The notes beneath the pieces are model-generated. The model was not told the DNA's origin, ran no database searches, and worked only from the letters and a program-made list of their open reading frames with translations. From the IMG/VR virus record IMGVR_UViG_3300033067_001205, positions 1 to 36,522 of that record: 36,522 nucleotides of DNA. One strand, 5' to 3'. Position numbers and translations under genes: made by a program. Below, one piece after another: positions 1 to 8,137 of the stretch (position 1 is its first letter; every line of letters begins with the position of its first letter). This DNA is from a virus (lineage: Duplodnaviria > Caudoviricetes).

Positions 1-384
1 CCGAGCACGGCAGACGAAACGAAGCTGGACAACACAACGACCAAGTGTGTCAAGTGGGCCAGACGCGACGGGTTCGGATCTTACGTGATGCTGAACCTGT
101 TCGGGCTAGTCTCGACGCTTCCGGGAGCCTTAAAGGCTGCAGCTGATCCTGTTGGGCCGGATAACGACCTGTGGATCAAGCAGACGTTTTCCGATGCCTC
201 TGCGGTCGTTTTCTGCTGGGGCACGACTTTGCACAATCTAACAGGGCCACGCATCGAAGCGGTGAAGCAACTGGCTGACGAAGCGGGTTTGAATCCGCTG
301 TGTCCGGGCCACACAAAAGCGGGTTTTCCGAAGCACCCTTGCCGACTGGCGAACGCGACCAAGTTGGTTTTGTACAAGCGGTGA
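1..384 (+). CDS. DUF1643-family protein, 5' partial
   Basis: Frame is open from base 1: PSTADETKLDNTT...MLNLF...VVFCWG...TKAGFPKHP. This matches the (N)PSTAD, NLF, WG and G.P.HP motifs of DUF1643. Confidence 0.85.
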   Translation, partial: PSTADETKLDNTTTKCVKWARRDGFGSYVMLNLFGLVSTLPGALKAAADPVGPDNDLWIKQTFSDASAVVFCWGTTLHNLTGPRIEAVKQLADEAGLNPLCPGHTKAGFPKHPCRLANATKLVLYKR

Positions 385-409
385 GAATTCAGAAGAAACG
401 AGAGCAAAC

Positions 410-1075
410 ATGAAGAATGAAACGCGAGTCGGAAGAACTAACGTCGGAGCTGTATATCTTAAGGATGGCGAATTCACGCTGGCAGCAGGTCTTGGAACGC
501 ATGTCGGGCAGGTATGCACTGCAATGGCCGAATGGTCGTCGTTAAATCAGTTGAATCTCACAACAGAATTCAACGGCATTCCAATCAAGTCAACACCTGA
601 TTCTAAGGCTAACGACCTGCTGTCCTATTGGGAGAGCGAGTGTGCACGGCGCCAAGCCGAATACGAAGCAACTCCCGAGTATGCAGAACAGAAGAGGAAA
701 GACGCTGAAGACATCGCGCGGCGTCAAGCTGAAGTCGACAGAATCGTGTCTGAGATCCCGAGTATGATCAAAAAGCCGTTCGAGCTGATGTCGCTGCTGA
801 GCCGGTTGTCTGTGGCGGCCGATCGAATCGGAGTCGTTTTCGACATGAGGGCGATAGCTGACGTTCTTCAAACAGCATGGAGACGAGGCGATTGCGTTGG
901 GATGCGAGGAGACACAATCAGGTCTTCGCAATCGCTGATGGATCGATACATCATCGGCCAGGCGATCGAGTGCATTTGCCGACACATGCCACCGCATCCA
1001 ATCATCGAAACTTGGTTTAATGACTACAAGGATTTGTACTCAGTCCCGGCACCTGAAACTCTCACAAATCCCTGA
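410..1075 (+). CDS. Hypothetical phage protein (221 aa, central coiled coil)
   Basis: Long ATG ORF in the operon direction with a purine-rich leader. Confidence 0.75.
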   Translation: MKNETRVGRTNVGAVYLKDGEFTLAAGLGTHVGQVCTAMAEWSSLNQLNLTTEFNGIPIKSTPDSKANDLLSYWESECARRQAEYEATPEYAEQKRKDAEDIARRQAEVDRIVSEIPSMIKKPFELMSLLSRLSVAADRIGVVFDMRAIADVLQTAWRRGDCVGMRGDTIRSSQSLMDRYIIGQAIECICRHMPPHPIIETWFNDYKDLYSVPAPETLTNP

Positions 1076-1120
1076 GAATTCCCAAGAATTCCGGTAACAC
1101 AGTCACTGTTTTGATCAAGT

Positions 1121-1208
1121 AAAAGAAACGGCTCCTCGCAGTGCGTCAACACCACGCGGAGCCTGACCTCAGCGAGATCAAGGATAAGTTGACCTTCTAG
1201 CTTTGGCT
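1121..1208 (-). ncRNA. Putative SymR-like cis-antisense RNA (~88 nt)
   Basis: Minus-strand promoter at 1215-1244. Hairpin GGCTCC..GTGCGTCAACAC..GGAGCC (1130-1163) is followed on the minus strand by GTTTCTTTT. The layout mirrors E. coli symR as I recall it (GTGCGCCAACAC loop region). Confidence 0.55.
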
Positions 1209-1214
1209 GCTCTC

Positions 1215-1244
1215 AGCCTACCACAAGCCAGTTGGTTTTGTAAA
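1215..1244 (-). promoter_or_regulatory. Sigma70-type promoter for the antisense RNA
   Basis: Minus strand reads TTTACA-18 nt-TAGGCT with an extended -10 TG. Confidence 0.55.
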
Positions 1245-1280
1245 CGGCGGGGAAAATCCATCCAAAGGAAAGGGTCGCAA

Positions 1281-1574
1281 ATGGTTGAAGTGGACCTGTC
1301 AGAACCGCTTGGCGAAAAGGAAATCGTCATCACCGATGGCATGGCGTGGATTCTTTATACAGACCAAGGTCCGTCCGGGCCGTGTGGCCAACTGATGAGC
1401 ATCACATGCCCTCACACTGTTCTGCGATTGTGGAGCAGCGAGGATGCGATGTTCAAGGAGCTGAACGGAAGAGAAATGATGTCACTGTTTCGCCGAGGGG
1501 TTAGGCAAACAGTCGACTGGGGAGTTATTGGCCAGTTCTCGACGTCAAAAGCCAAAATCGTATTTCACGAATAA
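1281..1574 (+). CDS. Hypothetical protein (alternative TTG start at 1203)
   Basis: ATG at 1281 is preceded by AAAGGAAAGGG. The frame is open from TTG 1203. Confidence 0.65.
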   Translation: MVEVDLSEPLGEKEIVITDGMAWILYTDQGPSGPCGQLMSITCPHTVLRLWSSEDAMFKELNGREMMSLFRRGVRQTVDWGVIGQFSTSKAKIVFHE

Positions 1575-1611
1575 GGTAACTCTACATTCGCACGAAGCGA
1601 GAGACGGCACG

Positions 1612-2580
1612 ATGGCCGAAGGAAAAACAGCAAAGGGTAAGAATCCAGCCGCGCAGTGGTACTGGGCGGATTGGCTGAGAGACCCAGCGCTCAGGAGTGT
1701 AACTTCTGGTGCACGCGGACTGTGGATGGACATGCTCTGTTTGATGTGGGAGTGCGTCCCGAGGGGCCACCTCCAGACTCCATCAGGTAAACCTTACACC
1801 ACAGAAATGCTTTGCCGCGCGTCGGGAAACATTTCCAAGGAAGAGGTAGACGGATGGCTGGAGGAGCTTGAAAACTCGGGCGTACTCTCCCGCTCAACTA
1901 CAGGGGTGATCTATTCCAGGCGTATGGTACGAGACGAACACAAACGAGCGTTATGTAGAGAAGCTGGGAAGAAGGGGGGGAACCCGACCCTTAAGGGTGG
2001 TTCCAAGGGTGGTGCCAAGGGTCATCCCAAGGGTGGGTCCAACCCAAACCCAACCCCTTCTACTTCATCTTCATCTTCTACTTCAGTTGTTCCTTCTAAA
2101 GAAGAAACAACTATTGCGGCTACTTTCACTTTTGAAGGCTGCAATGAGTCTATCCGGACCCTGGTTTGTGATGACGGGAAAACAACACTGCTGTTTGAAG
2201 TTGATCCCACCACGTGGCAGTGGGAGTTCCTGAAAAAATGGAATCGGCTTCCAGGTGTCGCTAAGCACAGCGAGACCTGTTTGAGCGACTACGCCCTCCG
2301 TCAACTCATGGACCGATTTCGTGAGAATGATTGGGATTGGAAATCTGCAATGGCCATGTTTCCGATCAACTGGCCCTCGAAGTTGTCGCTGATCACGTTT
2401 CTTGAGAAAGACAAGGTTCAGCAGATCGTCGGCGGTAAGTACGTGATTCCGGATTTTGCGAAAGGCAATGGCAATGGACAACGAACTGGCAAAGGCACAG
2501 GAAGAAATACGTCGCAAACTGGGGCTGGACAACGATACGACGCAGCAGGAGCCGCAGAGCGTAGTGTCGATGAGTTCTAA
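1612..2580 (+). CDS. Phage replication initiator (DUF1376/YdaU-like N-terminal winged helix)
   Basis: N-terminal QWYWADWLRD..LRSVTSGARGLWMDMLCLMW..IYSRRMVRD motif, a low-complexity centre with DNA repeats, and position directly upstream of a DnaC-like ATPase. Confidence 0.8.
   Translation: MAEGKTAKGKNPAAQWYWADWLRDPALRSVTSGARGLWMDMLCLMWECVPRGHLQTPSGKPYTTEMLCRASGNISKEEVDGWLEELENSGVLSRSTTGVIYSRRMVRDEHKRALCREAGKKGGNPTLKGGSKGGAKGHPKGGSNPNPTPSTSSSSSTSVVPSKEETTIAATFTFEGCNESIRTLVCDDGKTTLLFEVDPTTWQWEFLKKWNRLPGVAKHSETCLSDYALRQLMDRFRENDWDWKSAMAMFPINWPSKLSLITFLEKDKVQQIVGGKYVIPDFAKGNGNGQRTGKGTGRNTSQTGAGQRYDAAGAAERSVDEF
1988..2085. repeat. Putative replication origin: four 12-bp-period iterons plus a pyrimidine-rich repeat
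   Basis: AAGGGT cores at 1993, 2005, 2017 and 2029 (consensus CCAAGGGTGG), followed by CTTCTA/CTTCAT hexamers at 2057-2085, inside the initiator gene as in lambda O. Confidence 0.65.
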
Positions 2581-3271
2581 GGCGGCTCGGTCAATGCTCT
2601 CTAGGTGCCGTCGAGATCCCGAGCAGATCGCTAAGGATGCTGAGTCAAAAGAGCGATGCGAACGAATAGCACGATGGCAAAGCCTGTGCAGCAAAGTCGG
2701 TGATCGCTACTCAAACTGCGTTTTGGCTCGTTGGAAATATCACGGCGATCAATCACAGCAGGATCGGCAACGTGCGGTGATCTCTCGTGTTGCCGAATAC
2801 ATGCGACAACTGCCAGAGCGTGTTCAAGGTGGGTGCGGTGTTCTCTTGCTGGGGCCTCCTGGAACAGGCAAGGACTTTCTTGTCTCCGCGTTGATGCGGG
2901 AAGGCGTTCTGGCTCATGGGATGAAGGTTGAGTGGGCAAATGGAGTTGATCTCTACGCGGCGTTTAGGGATGCCATTAGCGGGGAGACCAGTGAAAAAAA
3001 GCTCGTCAGTCAGTGGGTGGTACCGTCCGTTTTGGTTCTATCCGACCCGTTGCCACCACGGGGAGCATTGACGGATTTTCAAGCCTCGATGCTATTTCGA
3101 ATCGTTGACTCCCGGTATCGAGCGATGCGACCTACTTGGGTAACGCTGAATGTTCAGGATCGCAACGAGGCATGTGAGCGAATGGGATCACAGGTGGTTT
3201 CCCGACTAGCTGACTCGGCGTTGACTTGCCGCTGTGAATGGCAGGATTTTCGGTCAGTTGTTCACAAATAG
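2570..3271 (+). CDS. DnaC/IstB-like AAA+ helicase loader
   Basis: Walker A GPPGTGKD, Walker B-like VLVLSD, IVDSRY..RPTWVTLN and G.QVVSRL motifs. The start overlaps the end of the initiator gene. Confidence 0.88.
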   Translation: MSSKAARSMLSRCRRDPEQIAKDAESKERCERIARWQSLCSKVGDRYSNCVLARWKYHGDQSQQDRQRAVISRVAEYMRQLPERVQGGCGVLLLGPPGTGKDFLVSALMREGVLAHGMKVEWANGVDLYAAFRDAISGETSEKKLVSQWVVPSVLVLSDPLPPRGALTDFQASMLFRIVDSRYRAMRPTWVTLNVQDRNEACERMGSQVVSRLADSALTCRCEWQDFRSVVHK

Positions 3272-3279
3272 GAACAGCA

Positions 3280-3528
3280 ATGAGAGTGACAATCGACGGT
3301 CGCGACTACGTTCCCGAGACGAATCTATTTCGCCTGACTGACGATCATTTCGAAGCTGCAGCCCGGCTTCCTGCCCCTTTCGATGCAATCAAATGGGCTC
3401 ACGACTGCCAAGGAACAGTTGCTGAAATGCAGGCATGGAGTCGGGCGATTCATGGGGATGTAGCAGGGAAAAAGAAGGTGGAGCCGCTTCCGGTTCCAGG
3501 CAGGAAGAAAGTCGGTTTGTTCGAGTAG
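3280..3528 (+). CDS. Hypothetical protein
   Basis: ATG after AGGAAC; fills the gap between operon genes. Confidence 0.6.
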   Translation: MRVTIDGRDYVPETNLFRLTDDHFEAAARLPAPFDAIKWAHDCQGTVAEMQAWSRAIHGDVAGKKKVEPLPVPGRKKVGLFE

Positions 3529-3579
3529 CAATCCAAACGACGGCCGAAGGGCCATTCATTTCACGAAGAAGGATGCAAG

Positions 3580-4638
3580 ATGCAAGGCACGAAGAGAGCA
3601 AAACCAAAGGCAATCGAACTGATCTACTCGGAGTATGACCTGCAAAGGCGCCTCGCAGCGTTTGGGTTCGTAGTTCCTGACGACACGATTCGAGGCTGGA
3701 CCGACGAGCAGGACGACGTGCTGGCTTGTCTGGATCAGTGGGAGCTCGACCGATGGACTGCCGCAAAGGGAGAAGCGATCGACTCCCGCGAACGGACGCC
3801 AGTTCCGGAATTCCTCAAGGGTTTCGAACAAGTCACTCCGCAGCAGATTATCACAGCGAGCGAGCAGGGAAAAAAAGCTGCCGAGGACATCGATCAGACG
3901 AGCGAGCACAACCCCTACCCGATCGATACCGCGCTGGCCAAGGCTTGGGATGACGCTCTGGCCAACAATGTGATCAAGCCGGACACGCCAGGAAAGATCA
4001 TCAAGCCCAACGAGAAGCTTGAGCAGGCACAGCAGCAGCGAGCAGTGATCGAAGATTTGCAAGCCAGGATCGAAGACACGCTGAACGAACAACGGGAAGT
4101 GCGGCGAGAGTGGGACCGGCGAAAGGAGATGGCGTCCGCTTCGAAGAAACAATTCGACGGAATCGTGGCAGAGCTCGAGCAGCTGTCTGCAAAGCTTGAG
4201 GATGCTCGTAACGGAAAGCTGCATGCTCAGCGATCGTTCCCGTTCCCCGAGGACACTGTCGACGCACAGGGTCAGCCACCGCTGCGAGACGAGGGGGCGT
4301 TTATCTCGCTGGACTATCTGATCAAGGGGGATTTGCAGGAGTTCATTCCCGGGACTCCGGAAGACAAAGGTCTCTCCGAAAAGCAGGTCGACAAACTCAA
4401 GGGAAAAGTCGGCGACACGATCGGTGATCTGGAGAAGTTCCAGCAGGAAAAGGGCCAATGGTGGGTCAAGGAAATCGAGGGCTTCGGTCCTGAAACGATC
4501 ACGAAGTTGCAGGACGCTCAGGAGATTGTCAGGCGGAAGTTCCCGGTGCCTGATGAACCGGTCGCGCTGCGAATCGCCGACGCCACTGACGAACACAGCA
4601 GCGATCTAGACGACGACTTCCCCGACAACGACGAATAA
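3580..4638 (+). CDS. Acidic coiled-coil protein with a possible C-terminal helix-hairpin-helix
   Basis: 352-aa ORF with a long heptad region, HhH-like KEIEGFGPETITKL and an acidic tail. Confidence 0.75.
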   Translation: MQGTKRAKPKAIELIYSEYDLQRRLAAFGFVVPDDTIRGWTDEQDDVLACLDQWELDRWTAAKGEAIDSRERTPVPEFLKGFEQVTPQQIITASEQGKKAAEDIDQTSEHNPYPIDTALAKAWDDALANNVIKPDTPGKIIKPNEKLEQAQQQRAVIEDLQARIEDTLNEQREVRREWDRRKEMASASKKQFDGIVAELEQLSAKLEDARNGKLHAQRSFPFPEDTVDAQGQPPLRDEGAFISLDYLIKGDLQEFIPGTPEDKGLSEKQVDKLKGKVGDTIGDLEKFQQEKGQWWVKEIEGFGPETITKLQDAQEIVRRKFPVPDEPVALRIADATDEHSSDLDDDFPDNDE

Positions 4639-4653
4639 GGCACAACCACTGCC

Positions 4654-5127
4654 ATGAAGGCAACGAAAATTCTCTCTTTCCGCGTGGCTGGGGTAGCTCA
4701 GCCTCGCGGCTCTAAAAAAGCGATCACGGTTCCTGGCCAACGTCGGGGGCTGCTGATTGATGACAACAAAAAGTCAGGTCCGTGGATGACTGTCGTCAAA
4801 AGCGCCGCTCGTGTAGCGATGTCGCTGGCTGGATACGTCGACGCTAACTCGAATCCAGTCCCCTTCGACGAGCCACTGTCGATGCGTGTCACGATCTATC
4901 GAGCACGCCCCAAGGGGCACTTTGGGAAACGAGGGCTGTTGCCGTCAGCACCGCGATACCCATCTACAAAACCAGATTGCTCGAAGTATATGCGAGCGAT
5001 CGAGGACGCGATGACGGGTGTTGTGTACGTCGATGATGCGAGGCTGATCGATTCGTGGCCGTCGAAACGATGGGGCGAGCCTGGCGTGTTGATTGAACTG
5101 TTTCGCCCAGACAACATTGATTCGTAA
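4654..5127 (+). CDS. rusA: RusA-family Holliday junction resolvase
   Basis: PRGSK N-terminus and KPDCSKYMRAIEDAMTGVVYVDDARL, matching the KPD.DN...DAL.G....DD signature. Confidence 0.9.
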   Translation: MKATKILSFRVAGVAQPRGSKKAITVPGQRRGLLIDDNKKSGPWMTVVKSAARVAMSLAGYVDANSNPVPFDEPLSMRVTIYRARPKGHFGKRGLLPSAPRYPSTKPDCSKYMRAIEDAMTGVVYVDDARLIDSWPSKRWGEPGVLIELFRPDNIDS

Positions 5128-5141
5128 TCGTGAGGTAAACG

Positions 5142-5489
5142 ATGTCTAGATTCGAAAAGCCCGTTGTTCCAGGTGAAGTGGTGGACGCAAACGTTCAGTC
5201 CCGAGTGATGACATACAAAGAATTTGCGGAACTGTGCGAGGTGCCGCCATGGGCTGTAACTCAGATCGTTCTTGAGAACCGGCGGATTACACCACGGTGG
5301 GCCGTTGGGCTGGAGAAAGGAACTGGAATCAGCGCGATGGAGTGGCTGGAAATGCAAGCAAGATGGGATTTGTGGAAGTTTTTACAACAAGACTTCGAGG
5401 ATGGTTACTGCGTCTTCTGCCTAAGAATTCACAAGAATTGCAAGTGTCGTGGATCGTGCGGAGTCCACACCCAAATGGAGCATGTATGA
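5142..5489 (+). CDS. HigA-like HTH antitoxin/regulator with a Cys-rich C-terminal extension
   Basis: PVVPGEVV...EFAELCEV...RRITPRWAVGLEKGTGISAMEWLEMQARWDLW resembles the HigA family. The tail reads CVFC..H..CKC..SC..H. Confidence 0.75.
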   Translation: MSRFEKPVVPGEVVDANVQSRVMTYKEFAELCEVPPWAVTQIVLENRRITPRWAVGLEKGTGISAMEWLEMQARWDLWKFLQQDFEDGYCVFCLRIHKNCKCRGSCGVHTQMEHV

Positions 5490-5866
5490 CTGGAAAACTG
5501 CAAGAAGCATTGTCTGGAAGTCGTGGTCAGGATCAGAAGAGAATCGCTGAGGTTGGCTTAAATTGGATCGAAACAATTCTGGCCAAGAACGCGGACTACG
5601 GATCGTCGGTCTTTGAAGTGCCAGTTCTGGCGCCGGAGTGTGATGCCGGGACGGCGATTCGCGTGAGAATGTCCGACAAGATCAATCGGATTCGCAGCCT
5701 GCTTAAGCGACCACCGGAAGTCGCTGGAGATTCTCTGACCGATTCGATTCGCGATCTTGGAGGCTACTGCCTGCTGTTGCTGTCGCAGCCGTCGAACAGG
5801 AACGTAGTGGGTATGGACGCGGAAGGCGAAGCCGACCGCGAAGCGGTGCCAAGTGTACGAAGTTAA
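5486..5866 (+). CDS. DUF1599 (nucleotide-modification-associated, all-alpha) protein
   Basis: KNADYG, RMSDKINRI and DSIRDLGGY motifs. ATGA overlap with the upstream gene. Confidence 0.75.
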   Translation: MTGKLQEALSGSRGQDQKRIAEVGLNWIETILAKNADYGSSVFEVPVLAPECDAGTAIRVRMSDKINRIRSLLKRPPEVAGDSLTDSIRDLGGYCLLLLSQPSNRNVVGMDAEGEADREAVPSVRS

Positions 5867-6089
5867 GCAGACAATTCCGCTATTCGGCGGCAAGCCTGCT
5901 CTCTACGTCGAAGTCGAAGGACGGAGACAGGCTATCCCACCGCTTCTTGGTGCCTGTGTTGGTGATTTTATTACTGTTATTCGAAGGGGAAGGTATGACG
6001 ACGAAGCAAGCGACAAAGCCAATCAAGCTGACTGTGGCACAGAGAAAGTTACTTGCGTCTCTCAAATCGGACAAGTTCGAGTTTGTTGA
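5853..6089 (+). CDS. Possible small hypothetical protein
   Basis: GTG ORF bridging two genes, but it overlaps the next gene by about 95 nt. Confidence 0.3.
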   Translation: MYEVKQTIPLFGGKPALYVEVEGRRQAIPPLLGACVGDFITVIRRGRYDDEASDKANQADCGTEKVTCVSQIGQVRVC

Positions 6090-6258
6090 AAAACGAAAGA
6101 TCGAGATGGCTATGAAGTTGGTGTTTTTAAATCTCATGTCCACCAGCATGGCCGTCGCTCGCCAGGACTTTCAGAAGGGGGTTACTCAATTGACGGCAAC
6201 GTTCCGGCGGACTGAGCTTGGAACAGAGTGGTTGAACAACAACCCCGCCACGGCCTGA
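5995..6258 (+). CDS. Hypothetical basic protein (possible winged helix)
   Basis: ATG after GAAGGGGAAGG; KLTVAQRKLL...RRTELGTEWL pattern. Confidence 0.65.
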   Translation: MTTKQATKPIKLTVAQRKLLASLKSDKFEFVEKRKIEMAMKLVFLNLMSTSMAVARQDFQKGVTQLTATFRRTELGTEWLNNNPATA

Positions 6259-6292
6259 TACATCCCTTCTACAATCCGAAAGTGTGTCGCGC

Positions 6293-6325
6293 ACGGGGCG
6301 CAGTTTGATCTGCGTTCCGTTTTTT
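6293..6325 (+). terminator. Intrinsic terminator
   Basis: ACGGGGCGCAG-TTTGAT-CTGCGTTCCGT followed by a T run. Confidence 0.75.
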
Positions 6326-6385
6326 GTTCAGACTGCCCGCACCGAACTACACTCACTCTTGTTCTCGCTTCTATGCTAGGGCCGC

Positions 6386-7117
6386 ATGAACGAATCGCCG
6401 CTCGGGACAATCTCTATTCTCACCCGGAAGGTAAGTCAGAAACACGAGACCGTGTGGCTCGAACAAGCAGATGGAACGTTGCTGGATTCAATTGTCATTC
6501 GGTGCGCAGTTTTGAGACAGAAATTCGTTAAAGTTTCGTATCACGGGCCGTATCGTCGGCGATGGCGACCGTTCTCTCGTCATTGGTGGGAAACGAACGT
6601 CGGGCCGATTCCAGCGGGGTATCAGGTTTTTCACCGCGACGGCGACAGCCTGAACGACTCGCCAGACAATCTCGTGCTTTGTCGTGAGAATCGATTCGCT
6701 CTTTTGTTCGCGAGTAATCCCAAGGCCGCAGAGCGGCGGGCGCGTGCATCTCGTCGAGGTGTGAGACGCGCGAACAAGATGCGTCATGAAGTGATGCGGT
6801 CAGCTCGGGGGGCTCTCTTCAACCCCGAAGCCTGGTACGTTTGCCTCCACGAATTGAAGCTCGTCGTCTGGAAGCCCTTCGTCACCAAGTCTCTCGCCGG
6901 TAACAGGCTGACGTCAGAGACGATCCGCGGCTGGATCGCTCGTGACGGGATGGAGCTTCCGGAATGGGTCGACGTGCTTCAAGGTTCCGTGATTCGCTCT
7001 CTCTCGGGGCCAGATGGTGCGATGGAAGGCTACTCCAGATTCGTGCCAGACGAACGGCCAGAGCCGAAGGTGCGTGCTCGTGACTGTGATTTTGCCAACG
7101 ACCTGTTCAGCCTGTAA
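6386..7117 (+). CDS. HNH endonuclease-domain protein
   Basis: RHWWETNVGPIPAGYQVFHRDGDSLNDSPDNL matches the HR.VWE...GPIP.G..IHH.DG...NN...NL motif. Confidence 0.75.
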   Translation: MNESPLGTISILTRKVSQKHETVWLEQADGTLLDSIVIRCAVLRQKFVKVSYHGPYRRRWRPFSRHWWETNVGPIPAGYQVFHRDGDSLNDSPDNLVLCRENRFALLFASNPKAAERRARASRRGVRRANKMRHEVMRSARGALFNPEAWYVCLHELKLVVWKPFVTKSLAGNRLTSETIRGWIARDGMELPEWVDVLQGSVIRSLSGPDGAMEGYSRFVPDERPEPKVRARDCDFANDLFSL

Positions 7118-7187
7118 CGTCAGAGCGTTGCAAAAGGCGGGCGCAACCGCTGACCCCATTTCTTGAGATCAGAGAGGAGCGATACCA

Positions 7188-7424
7188 ATGCCGCCAGCCA
7201 ACCGAAGCGAAGACGACCACAGGCTCATCCTGGAAATTCGGGAAGAGTTGCGAGAACTCAAGGCGATCATGAGCGGCAAGGATGGTCGCGATGGCGTTTT
7301 CACCCGCCTGAAGAAACTGGAATGTTGGCGAGACTTCTTCGTCACCGCGATCGTGATTCTGACCGGGCTTTCGGCAACTTCACTGGGACTACACGTTCCG
7401 TGGTACTTCCACAGCGACAAGTAG
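7188..7424 (+). CDS. Small coiled-coil plus C-terminal TM protein (holin/XhlA-like architecture)
   Basis: GAGGAG RBS; LEIREELRELK..G.DG..GVFTRLKKLE followed by hydrophobic FFVTAIVILTGLSATSLGL. Confidence 0.6.
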   Translation: MPPANRSEDDHRLILEIREELRELKAIMSGKDGRDGVFTRLKKLECWRDFFVTAIVILTGLSATSLGLHVPWYFHSDK

Positions 7425-7444
7425 CGAACTGACTGCGTCTCATT

Positions 7445-8056
7445 ATGGAAATCAAACGCTGGGTAATTGTCGTGCAAGGGTTCCTGCAGCAAACAGGGAC
7501 TATGAACGGCATTGTGCGCGCATGGTATAACGCCCACGTTGCAACGTCGGGCGATCCCAGCACTCGCGTTGAGATCCTTAGATACAACTCAGACGTTGTC
7601 GATTTGGCTGAACGAATTCGGCGATTATCCCCGGAGAATGAGCCGCCGGAAGTCGTCATCATCGCTTACAGCTGGGGCGTAGCGGCGAGCCAGAGACTGT
7701 CCTACGAACTGCGGCGCCGAACGATTCGTGTGAAGCACATCCTATCGTGTGACGGTGTGTATAAGCACTGGCACTGGATCGGTCAGTGGCGTGTTCGCGT
7801 CGTTAAATACTGCCCGGACGCATTCCCAATTTGGATTCCCGACAACGTTGATCGCGTTACATCGTTAAGGCAAAACCAGTCGTGGCCGACAGGGCATGTG
7901 ATTAAGGCGGTCGACGAGGTCGCTACCAAGATAAATACACGCTGGCTAAAGGCTGACCATCAATGGATGGACGACCATTACGAGTTTCACGCGCTGTGCA
8001 AGGAATTGATTTTGACGGGGGATATCAGGGATGTTGGTGCGTCGGTTCTTTCGTGA
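7445..8056 (+). CDS. Alpha/beta-hydrolase-fold protein (esterase/lipase/cutinase-like)
   Basis: VIVVQGF (oxyanion strand), VVIIAYSWG nucleophile elbow, SCDGV, and C-terminal DHQWMD His. Confidence 0.65.
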   Translation: MEIKRWVIVVQGFLQQTGTMNGIVRAWYNAHVATSGDPSTRVEILRYNSDVVDLAERIRRLSPENEPPEVVIIAYSWGVAASQRLSYELRRRTIRVKHILSCDGVYKHWHWIGQWRVRVVKYCPDAFPIWIPDNVDRVTSLRQNQSWPTGHVIKAVDEVATKINTRWLKADHQWMDDHYEFHALCKELILTGDIRDVGASVLS

Positions 8057-8137
8057 TGCGGTAATAGCGTTCGTGGTGATCGCCCCGATTTACGTGTGTT
8101 GCTCACTGGTTTTGCTATCCGTTCACTGAGTGATGTC

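Noticed and set aside
382-1092. TGAGAATTC recurring at the ends of two consecutive genes (382 and 1073)
   Set aside because: Only 9 bp including the stop codon; too short to separate from chance.
1203-1574. SymE toxin call for the ORF under the SymR-like RNA
   Set aside because: It lacks the SymE L.G.WL...GF..G pattern, so it is left as hypothetical.
2570-3271. IS21 IstB transposition helper
   Set aside because: No IstA transposase or terminal repeats; the position after the initiator indicates a helicase loader.
3556-4596. 346-aa minus-strand ORF
   Set aside because: Antisense shadow of the 352-aa + strand gene; no motifs, and explained by codon bias.
6270-6275. TACAAT as a late promoter preceding the 6293 terminator (pR'/tR'-like)
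   Set aside because: No -35 element or extended -10, and no recognisable Q-like antiterminator gene.
7119-7154. Imperfect hairpin after the HNH gene
   Set aside because: Bulged stem with no U tract; not enough to call a terminator or ncRNA.
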